64,000 nucleotides of DNA from the human T2T-CHM13v2.0 reference genome, Homo sapiens. Every line of letters starts with the position of its first letter. Position 1 is the first letter of the stretch. Positions 53,583-64,000 of this stretch are shown here, in pieces. The notes under the pieces were generated by a model. That model searched no databases. It had not been told where the DNA came from and worked only from the letters and a program-made list of their open reading frames with translations. A program made the translations under genes and the position numbers. The DNA is taken from NCBI RefSeq assembly GCF_009914755.1, contig NC_060932.1; one strand, written 5' to 3'.

Positions 53583-54121
53583 TGTGGTAGATAAACTCTA
53601 TGATGGCTCCTGATTTTCCCCGCCTTCTGTGCTGATGTCCTTGTGTAATCACCTCTCCAGGAGAATCTGTGGCTTCCTTTTAACCATAGAAAACAGCAAA
53701 GATATTCCATATTTGTGTTGCCTAAGAGTGTAATGTCCATTTTGCCAGCTGACTCTTCCTTGCTACCTTTGATGAAGTGAGTGGCCTTGTTGTGGACTGT
53801 TCCATGGAGAGGCCCAGGTGGTAAGGAATTGAGTATGGCCTCCAACCAACAGCCAGCAAGAAAGTGAGGTCCAGTTTCAACAGTCTGCAAGGGAATGGAT
53901 TCTTCCAACAACCACATAAGCCTGAAAGCCTATCCTTTTCTGGGTAGCCTTTGAATGAAAACTCAGCCAAGACCAGTATACCTTGATTGCAGCTTTGCAG
54001 AAAACCAAGCTAAGCCATGCCCTGACTCCTGACCCATAGAAACTGTGAGATAATGAATATATATTGGTTCAGACTGCTGAGTTTGCGGTAATATTGTTAT
54101 GTAGCATAGATAACTAATACA
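53583..54121 (+). mobile_element. MLT1E/F-like LTR inserted in an L2
   Basis: tgtggtaga...ggcctccaaccaacagccagcaagaa...gactcctgacccatagaaactgtgaga...gataactaataca. Confidence 0.85.
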
Positions 54122-54749
54122 CGGCTCAAGGAAATCTTGGAGGAAGTGATGGCTAGATTGTGCCTTAAAGAATAGGTTAGGAGCTAGCTGGCACTTTAGG
54201 GAGGGATAGGGGTGTGGAAGGGAAGGTGACTTTTAAAATGGAGAGCAGAGCCTGAATGAAGGTTTTGGGTGAGTAAAGGCCTGGGCTGTCAGGGGGCTTC
54301 TTAGATGGAACTGTATGAAATTGCTGCTATCAACATGTTTTGATTTGCAAAAGTGCCCATTTCATTAGGTTGGACTTCCTGTAAGCAGTCCAGTGCTGCC
54401 AGAGCTTAAATTTTGAGACGAGGGAAGCCCCGTTAACACTTATTTTGATTCATCTAATGTATTTTTTGACTGAAAAATAGAGATTAAGATGGCTCATCTT
54501 CATGAAAACCTCTTCATTTCCTTGAATTAATTTAAAACGTTAGAATTTCTGCAGGCATGTTTCAACTTCACAGACTCGCATTCCACACGGTCACAGTGAA
54601 GGACAGTTTCAAGAAGTATATGGTGCTCTCACATACGAGCCCATTTCACACTGGAAATACATGCTCCACCTTCAGCAGACAAGAACACCGTAGCTTAGAG
54701 AAGTTAATTATCTCCATTCTTATTCCCTATCTAGACACTTACTTACCTC

Positions 54750-56470
54750 CACAACCTGTGTGTCTTCCCCTTCTGAGGCTATCAATTTCCGCTTGACAAG
54801 GCCAGCCCCTCACCTGTGTGTGTGAGACCCTGGCCACTTCTGTACATCCTCACCCCCTGTCCCTTCCTCCCTGGTCTCTTTGATCTTTTGCTCCCTCCTG
54901 ACAATTTCCTTTTAGCTTGCAAAGATGGCTAAGCATTCCCAATTCCAAAATGAAATTCTCTCTTGCTCCTACATTTTCTACGTTCTGCTTTTAGTTTTTC
55001 TCTCTCCTATTGTCCTTCTGCATGGAGGTTCTTGAGTGAGTGGGGAGTTCTTGCTGGTTCTGTTTTCTCACCTCTCCTGTCCTTATCAATGTACTACAGT
55101 CTGACTGTCTGACTTCCCACTCTCTGTGACCTCTGCACTTCACTGACACCGCTTTGGTTAGGTCATACCATCTTTGCTGCAGTGATGAGGTTAGCCACAT
55201 CCACTTTACTCTGCAACTGCCCTTTCCCTTGTCTTCCACATCAGCACCCTCCCCTGTTCTCCTCCTTTCCTCTGATTGGCCCTTCTCTTTTTCCATTATC
55301 TGTCCCTCCTCCTGTCTCCATTCTGTCCCTTATCCCTTAAACATCTGTGTTCCACAGACTCCTTCCTTTCTGCATGTGCCCTGGGTTGATGCTCTTATCT
55401 CCTCTCCTGAATTTAGCCTCCATTGTAAGCAGATGGCCATCTGATTGGAATCTCCAGCCCTGACCTCTTCTGATTCTGCACTTTAGCCTCATCACCTGAC
55501 ACACCCCACATATATGATGCTCTATTTGTACAGAATTAGCTTCGCACAAATGTCTGGATTCTGGGGCTCCCTGGCCTTTGATTCCTGACATTGCCCCGGC
55601 TGCCTTTTCCCTTCCTCCTTCCTTACCTTGCTCCTTTCTACTCATTCTTCAAGACTCAGCTGAGGTTGTGGCTCCCGCTAGAAGCTGTCATGAGCCTCTT
55701 GCAGAGGCTGGCTAATCTTCCCCTTCTCACACGTGTTCCTACTCAGGTGACATTGCCTCTTTGTGGCTGCTTCTTGTTGCTTCTTCTTTGTAAGCTCCTG
55801 GAAGACACAGGCTTTCTTCTCTTTCACCTTTTTATACTCAGAGACTATCACTGACATTGCCATTCATCTGTCCGTCCATCTGTCAATCCATCCATCCATC
55901 CATCCATCCTCTCCATTCATTCAATCTATCCATTCATCTATCCATTCAAAAAGTAATGTTATGGCACTTACTCGTTGCCAGATAACTTCGTAGGCACTTA
56001 GGATCCATGGTGAACAAGGGGTCCTGCTTTCATAGAATTCCGTGTGTTGGGAGATAAAACATAAAAGCTACAACATCCTGGGAATTGTGTGGTAAGAGGT
56101 GTCGTGGGACTTTGAAGAAATGTCTGATTCAGATGAATAGTCAGGGAATGTTTCCCAAAGCAGAGACCTGATGGAGGGAGAGGAGCTGGCTCAGTGAAAC
56201 ACACAGGGTAGCACTGAGGAGATAGGGATGCCACAGGTAGAAGCAACACCATGCAAAGGCACAGAGGCGAAATGAAGCGTGACTTGCTGAACAAAATCAA
56301 AGTAATTCTGAGGCTTGATCTGACCACCAAAGTAGGATTTGCAGAGAGAGGAGGCAGGAGAGTATTTTACGGCTCTGACGGCAGCATGAGGAACAGATGG
56401 AGGGGGTCAGAATGCACATACAGAGCCCTCTAGGATGCTTTTGCATCAACTCAAGAGAGAGATGATAGTG
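54750..56470. mobile_element. L2 fragments in both orientations with a (TCCA)n tail
   Basis: Pyrimidine-rich L2 body at about 54750-55830, (CCAT)n at 55865-55945, then a reverse L2 3' end. Boundaries approximate. Confidence 0.55.
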
Positions 56471-56759
56471 AAAAGTAGTTTCTAATTAACATTTATTTAT
56501 TGAACAAAAGTATTTGTCAAAGGTGTAATACATGACAAGCGGCAAAGCCACGTCTTGAATTCAGGCTTCTAACTATGCCACAAGGGCAGAATGCAGGACT
56601 AGTCAGCCCCGTTCTTTATGGACGTTTGTGACTAAGACATGTAGACATCTCATTCTGACTTAAGCCAGCGTGTGGTTTCCTTCTTAAGAGAGGATGGATC
56701 AACGTTGGCATTCGTAATTTTGCTACTGGAGCATTCTGTATTTGGAATTTACTTTGGCA

Positions 56760-57032
56760 TTTTTTTTTTTTTTTTTTTTTTTGTTAAGACGGAGTCTCAC
56801 TTTTGCCCAGGCTGGAGTGCAGTGGTGTGATCTCATGCTCACTGCAACCTCTGACTCCTGGGCTCAAGCCATTCTCCTGCTTCAGCCTCCCAGGTAGCTG
56901 AGGTTACAGGTGTCCACCCAATGCCCAACTAATTTTTGTATTTTTAGTAGAGATGGGGGTTTGCCATATTGGCCAGGCTGGTCTCGAGCTCCTGACTTCA
57001 AGTGATCTGCCTGCCTTGACCTCTCAAAGTGC
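56760..57032 (-). mobile_element. Alu (S/J), 5'-truncated
   Basis: Poly-T plus reverse Alu that stops at ctctcaaagtgc. Confidence 0.93.
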
Positions 57033-57121
57033 AGACAGATAAAATTGTATGGAGTTATCACATGCAACTTGATACTTTAAAGCATATATATATATATATG
57101 CGTATATGCTTTAATGGCTGA

Positions 57122-57157
<36 letters not shown>

Positions 57158-57517
57158 GCGTATATATATATATGTATATACATATATATGTATATATATA
57201 TATACATATATATATGTATATATATATATACATATATATATGTATATATATATATATACATATATATATGTATATATATATATTTAATGGCTGAATCTAC
57301 CTAAATAACATATGCATTAGCTCACATAGCCATTGTTTGTGGTGAGAACATTTAACACTTACTCTCATAGAAGGAGAGGGTAGAATGGAAGTTACCAGAG
57401 GCTGGAGCAGTTGAAGAGATGTTAGTCAAAGAGTGCAAAATTACTGCAGTACAGGAGGAAGATCTATGGGTCAGCATGGCAACTACAGTTAGTGACAATG
57501 TATTGGATTCTTAAAAC
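57033..57517 (-). mobile_element. L1MA 3' fragment with an inverted 5' part and an internal (TA)/(TG) microsatellite
   Basis: Minus part acagataaaattgtat...gtggtgagaacatttaacacttactctc. Plus part ctcatagaag...gttaccagaggctgg...aatgtattggattcttaaaa. Confidence 0.82.
57084..57283. repeat. Compound (TA)n/(TG)n microsatellite
   Basis: Read directly. Confidence 0.97.
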
Positions 57518-57572
57518 ACACCTTTGCATTGGTGTTGAGTGACCATATTGATGGCAGTGTTTTGCCAGTTTT

Positions 57573-59085
57573 TCTTTTTTTTTTTAATTATACTTTAAGT
57601 TCTGGGATACATGTACACAACATGCAGGTTTGCTATATAGGTACACATGTGCCATGGTGGTTTGCCGCACCCATAAGCCTGTCATCTACATTAGGCATTT
57701 CTCCTAATGCTATCTCTCCCCTAGCCCTCCATCCCTCAACAGGCCCCGGTGTATGATGTTCCCCTCCCTGTGTCCATGTGTTCTCATTGTTCAACTCCCA
57801 CTTATGAGTGAGAACATGCAGTGTTTGGTTTTCTGTTCCTGTGTTAGTTTGCTGAGAATGATGGTTTCCAGCTTCATCCATGTCCCTGCAAAGGATATGA
57901 ACTCATACTTTTTTTGGCTGCATAGTATTCCATAGTGTGTATGTGCCACATTTTCTTTATCCAGTCTATGACTGATGGGTATTTAGGTTGGTTTCAAGTC
58001 TTTGCAATTGTGAATAGTGCTGCAATAAACACACGTGTGCATGTGTCTTTGTAGTAGAATGATTTACAATCCTTTGGGTATATACCCAGTAATGGGATTG
58101 CTGGGTCAAATGGTATTTCTGGTTCTAGATCCTTGAGGAATTGCCATACTGTCTTCCACAATGGTCGAACTAATTTACACTCCCTCCAATGGTGTAAAAG
58201 CATTCCTATTTCTCCACATCCTCTCTAACATCTGCTGTTTCCTTTTTAATGATCGCCATTCTAACTGGCATGAGATGATATCTCCTTGTGGTTTTGATTT
58301 GCATTTCTCTAATGACCATTGATGATGAGCTTTTTTTCATATGTATGTTGGCCACATAAATGTCTTCTTTTGAGAAGTGTCTGTTCATATCCTTCACCAA
58401 CTTTTTGATGGGGTTGTTTGTTTGTTTTTCTTGTAAATGTGTTAAGTTCCTTGAAGACTCTGGCTACTAGCCCTTTGTCAGATGGATAGATTGCAAAAAT
58501 TTTCTCCAATTCTGTAGGTTGCCTTTTCACTCCCATGATAGTTTCTTTTGCTGTGCAGAAGCTCTTCAGTATAATTAGATCCCATTTGTCAATTTTGGCT
58601 TTTGTTGCCATTGCTTTTTGTGTTTTAGTCATGAAATCTTTGCCCATGCCTATGTCCTGAATGGTATTGCCTAGGTTTTCTTCTAGAGTTTTTATGGTTT
58701 TAGGCCTTACGTTTAAGTCTTTAATCCATCTTGAGTTAATTTTTGTATAAGGTGTAAGGAAGGGGTCCAGTTTCAGCTGTCTGCATATGGCTAGCCAGTT
58801 TTCGCAACATCATTTATTAAATAGGGAATCCTTTCCTCATTGCTTGTTTTTGTCAGGTTTGTTGAAGATCAGATGGTAGTAGATGTGTGGCATTATTTCT
58901 GAGGCCACTGTTCTTTCCATTTGTGTATATATCTGTTTTGGTAGCAGTACCATGCTGTTTTTGTTACTGTAGCCTTGTAGTATAGTTTGAAGTCAGGTAG
59001 CGTGATGCCTCCAGCTTTATTCTTTTTGCTTAGGATTGTCTTGGCTGTACAGGCTCTTTTTTGGTTCCATATGAAACTTAAAGTG
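57573..59085 (-). mobile_element. 5'-truncated L1PA (about 1.5 kb; ORF2 C-terminus and 3' UTR)
   Basis: ORF fragments MGKDFMTKT...KIDKWDLI and [28 protein letters not shown](A/G)GTTTT at 57559-57572 and 59086-59099. Confidence 0.96.
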
Positions 59086-59143
59086 GTTTTGCCGGTTTTA
59101 AGTGGCAGAAAGAGAGCAGATGTTCCTGCTTTGCTTTTCTCAG

Positions 59144-59302
59144 TTCGCCCTGATTAGGAGCAATCAAGGTGATGGGCTGCTGCTGGGATCTGCGGGGAAA
59201 TCAAGCTTCCGCCTGCCCTTGCGCTGTCTACACGGAGAAACTCCAGCATGACTGAAGGCAGCCTGCATCCCAGCTGGCGCAGATGCAGCCTTCCTAAGGC
59301 AG
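59144..59302 (+). other. Candidate exon (non-coding or start-codon-bearing)
   Basis: Acceptor tgctttgcttttctcag, donor CAG|GTAAGA, 159 bp, locally CpG-retaining. Confidence 0.4.
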
Positions 59303-59954
59303 GTAAGAAAGGCAGACTCAGCAGGAACATTTAGAAGTAAATTTGTCTGCTTCTGGAAGCACAGAAAAGAACCAAGAGAAATAATATTTTTGTGAGATGT
59401 TATTTTTCTCCGTATTTTCTTTCAAAACTTCTGATGATTTCTTTGTGTGTAGCTGCCTGAAGATGCATTTTCAGCCCACCTCTCCAGCTGAATGCAGTTT
59501 TGTGGATTGGTAACCTGATACAGCAGAGTGTGGAGGAGGCGGCCAGGCAGAAAATGATTTTTCTCCCCCTCTAAAAAAATATCCTTTGTTCTGCCCTCTG
59601 CTCACCCCTCTGACGTCACTTCTTTTAACCCCACTGGGCCTCATCTGACTGTGCATGCTGCACCTCCCTTGGGGCCTTTGCACTTGCTGTTCCTTCTGTT
59701 TGGAGTGCTTTTTTCCTAGCCTTTTGCACTGGGGGCTCCTGCTCACTCTCACATCACAGCCAGCATTGGCTTCTTTCTAAGGATCATGTCCCTGCTCACC
59801 CTTCCTAAGGTCTCGCCTCTCTTTCCCCAGTTAGTTGCTGGGCTCTATCATTGCCCTGTTTTCATTCATAGAACTTGTCACCATCTGCAAGTGTCTTGTT
59901 TATTTATTTGCTTCCTCATTTATTTCCTCTCTCTGCCACTAGAATGTGTAAACT

Positions 59955-60178
59955 CAAAAAAGGCAGGCAAATCCAGAGAGACAGAAAGTAGATTTGTGGT
60001 TGGCAAGGGCTGGCAGGGCCAGGGCAAAGGGATGGGAAGTGACTGTTAATAAGATTGCATTTGAAGTGATGCAAATGTTCTGGAATTGGTGCCCATGGTT
60101 GCACAAAATTATGACTACTCTAAAAGCCATCAGATTATACACTTTAAAATGGAAAATAGGGAACTTTATGTTACGTGA
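59955..60178 (+). mobile_element. L1M 3' fragment
   Basis: aggcaaatccagagagacagaaagtagatt...gtgactgttaat...aatgttctggaatt...tacactttaaaatgg. Confidence 0.85.
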
Positions 60179-62649
60179 CAACCACCTTGTGAGTGAATCC
60201 AGCATTGTTTCTGAGCAGGGACTTGAAACCCTTTTTTGAGAGGCCCAGAGCTGGCTAGTGGCAGAGTCAGAAATGCAATCACCGCCTACTTGGTTACAGT
60301 GGCTTTTGAATCCATCTGTGTTTGTCCGCTCTCTCTGCGTTGCCTCTGATTCAATTTGCAATTACTCTTACGTGGACTGTCTTGATTCTCCTTCCTCGCC
60401 TCTAGTGTCTCTGCTCTCCCTCCACCTTTCATCCTCTACCACATTCTCCTTTATTAAGAAAGCCTGTTCCTTACCATGTTATTTTCATCCTAAACTCCTT
60501 TCATCATTCCCCATTGTTTCATTCTAACAGCCAATAGCGTTCTCCTCCTTCCAGCAGTGATGGCTCCTTGTCATTAAAACCACACTACCCACTCCTCTCC
60601 ACGCCTCTTCCCCTTCAAATCTGTGTTCTATCCACTCTTACCGGTATCTATTCTGTGAACATTCCACCTCACCTCCAGTACTATTCTCAAGAAGACTCTA
60701 GATTTTCTTCTTTCTTGTCTTAGCCAGGAAAGTCCTTAGCTCCTTAGCACAAATATCACCTTTCTGGTGGGTTTTGCTCTCTATGCATTCATTGAAATCA
60801 ATCTTTTCATTTCCTTTACTTCCATCCCTTCCTAGCTGTGCCTCAGCCAATGTGCTCTCATCTGTCACCTGGAGGTAGATGTTGGAGATGTCCATGGGCC
60901 TAGTGAGTCACCCACTCTAGACAACCTGGGTTCTGACCCAAGAGAGGATCCTCTAAGGAGTAAGGCAGTTGGGGCCAAGATGTCTTTATTACATGTAATT
61001 TTGATATTGGAGGACTTGGCTTATATCTGTGTCTACAGGCAAAAGCCCTCCTAATGATGGTCCCCAGAACTAGGCAAACATGCCTGGACTCTGGGGAAGC
61101 ATTTTTACTCACCCCGGAGGCCAGAGCCTGATTGTCAGAGCAGTAGAACAGAATTAATGCCTCCTGTGTGCACCTAGCTCCTAGAATGGATGTTTCAGAC
61201 CCAAGTAGTGGTCAGGATTCGGCAGTTCTACCACGCCAAGTGTGCTGAGTTGGGGAGAGAGAGTGCATGGAAGCAGGGGTGATGTGCTAACGGGCCTCTG
61301 CTGCAGATGATGATGTCATATCAGTGTAAGAGGCATCACCTGCTGTCATGGACATTAGCTTGTATCTCTCCGTAGTCTCTGGCGGCAGCACAGAGAGCGT
61401 TGATGTGAGAATGACACAGACTGTTTTCAGCTATTACTAACAGTGCCGCAAGAATACCTTGTGTCGGCCTCTGTGCATATGTGAAAGTATTTCACTTGGA
61501 CACACACTGAAAAGGAATGTTCGGGCTGAAGAGTATGCCCATTTTCAATCTTAATGTATTTTTTACCATGTAACCTGCAAAATTTCAGTCCCCCCAACTG
61601 CGTGTGAGAAAATGATTGAAAGGAACTTAATAAAAGTAAATAATTAGATAGGCATGAATTAGAGTCTAAGTCTTGATGTTTATATAAGTGTCCTTAGGCC
61701 ACTGACATGACTATCTTCATTGGATATTTTACCATCTATAATTCAGAAATAAGATCCACTTTCTGAGCTCCATAGGTTTAAATATGTTAAGCTAACATTT
61801 ATTGAACTATATATATTGTTATTATTTCCTCCCTTCCTTCTTTTCTTCTTCAATTCTTTTCTTCTTTCCTTTCTCCTTTCCTTTCTTCCTCTGTCTCATT
61901 CCTCCCTTTGTCTTACAGTCCCTAAGCACAGGGAATGATACACTGTGGCTCATTACATGTGACTTGAGTAAGTGCAATGAATTGTTCTTCAGGGTAGGGG
62001 TCCTGGGTGGGGATACTTGTCTGCTAAATTCTGAAGGAATTTATTAGCTTCTGTGAAAAGCAAGGTCCTTTTTCTTCTTGGTGATGTTAATATTTTAATA
62101 TATTCAGTCTCAGTAATATGGTAGGGAGTGTGAAAGGATTCTTTTCCTGTGGTTTTTCTCCATCTACAGAGGAGAGAGACAGCTTCCTCAATGCTTCATA
62201 AATTCTGAGAGTTAATGCTGGTGGGCCCTCTGCATCTCAGGAGAAGAGAGACCCGTGTTGCTGGGGAAAGCTAACAGCTGGGCCACAGTCATGACATTTT
62301 GCCTTATGATGTGATTGGCCAAGGGCCCAGGTCGTTTATGCTCATATTGAACAGTGAATTGGAGGATAAGACCTGAGAATGACTCTTGTTTAGAATTTAT
62401 TTTCTAGGCTCTCCAAGTGATTTTCAATTAATGCATAACAAATCTTTCTTATTGTATTAAGTAATCATTACAGAATTCTGGCAAGATGGGTGTTACTATT
62501 CACAGAATCATAGTATGTCAGAACTAGAAGGTGACTACCCCTTCTCTCAGTGGATTGGGATACCAAAGTCCACAGAAACCAAAAAGGTCTTGGGCCAAGG
62601 TCACACAATGAGTTAGATACAGTCTAGGAATGATAATGCCTAGGGATAG

Positions 62650-63170
<521 letters not shown>

Positions 63171-63214
63171 TTGTGACTTTTCCACTTTATAGCCTGTCAT
63201 GGGCAGGTAACTTT

Positions 63215-63560
63215 CTATATCAGTGTATTTCATTTTCTTTATTAATCAACCATTGCTGTTTACAAACAACCACACTTTTCATGGCATAAAGGTCAGCATT
63301 CATTTCTCCTTCATGAGTCTGTGAGTTGACCGGGCAGCTCCACTCTATGTGTCTCTTCTTCTAGGACAAGATGGCTAGTGAGCATGTGTTCTTCTTCTGG
63401 TGAGGTTGGTCCCTACAGGTCGGTCAGAAACATGCAATGCCTTTTGAGGCCCAGGCCTGGGACTCACACATAGTCACTTTTGCCACATTCTATTCAGTGA
63501 AGCAAGATACAAGGTCAAACTCAACATCAGTGGGGCAGGAGGCCTACACCCGCCTGCGGC
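63215..63560 (-). mobile_element. Old MLT1 (H/I/J-like) LTR
   Basis: ccattgctgtttacaaacaaccac, gtcacttttgccacattctatt...aagcaag...caaggtcaaac. Confidence 0.7.
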
Positions 63561-63629
63561 TGCCCTGAGACTTGTGCGTCAGTGCAGAGATGGGCCATCA
63601 GTGCGGCATGCCTACACACCATAGGCCAT

Positions 63630-63885
63630 GAGATCATGAATTCTGGAGCCAGGCTGCTGGTTTACATTCCAGCACTTTCTCTTCCTAGCTGTGTCGCCTT
63701 CGCTGAATGATTTAACCTTTCTATGCATCGATAGACTCATCTGTGAAATAGGGGATGATGACAATATCTATTTTATAGAGTTGTTAAAAGAATTAAAAAC
63801 ATATAAAGTGCTTACAATAGCACCTGGCACATAGTAAGTATGCAATAAGCATTAATTGTTGTTATGGTTGTTGTTGTTATTTGCC
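63630..63885 (+). mobile_element. MIR
   Basis: ctggagccaggctg...ctagctgtgt...tttaaccttt...tcatctgtgaaataggggatgatg...cacctggcacatagtaagt. Confidence 0.85.
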
Positions 63886-64000
63886 AGACTGCAAATAAAT
63901 GTCTAAGAAAAGCATCTCATGCTGGGATGTAAGCCCTGGATTGGGAGCTGGGCCACTGGGTTTTGAATTCCAGCTCTGCCGCCCAGTGTGGTGGGACCAT

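Noticed and set aside
61305-61510. Possible C/D snoRNA (ATGATGA) or CTCF-like ggcggcagca
   Set aside because: No suitably placed D box or terminal stem, and the CTCF match is partial.

Overview
Primate (human-like) genomic DNA, intergenic or deep-intronic, CpG-depleted, with no CpG island and no recognisable host protein-coding exon. Much of it is interspersed repeat: a full-length, decayed, minus-strand LINE-1 (6765-13245, 16-bp TSD), several truncated L1s, seven Alus, many MaLR/ERVL solo LTRs (THE1/MST/MLT), hAT and Tigger DNA-transposon relics, and old L2/MIR fragments and microsatellites. The only ORFs with real homology are broken L1 ORF1/ORF2 pieces. The rest of the ORF track is Alu/LTR/microsatellite read-through or chance. 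I find no new gene system I can support. The most unusual signal is a cluster of at least six short locally templated insertions, where nearby DNA was copied directly or inverted into another site, often with junction microhomology: 5533-5559, 6785-6859, 13517-13790, 24791-24874, 35703-35749 and 43077-43105. There are also two well-formed candidate + strand exons (36955-37085, 59144-59302) and a few candidate enhancers. Repeat subfamily names come from remembered consensus sequences, not from an alignment run, and are approximate.
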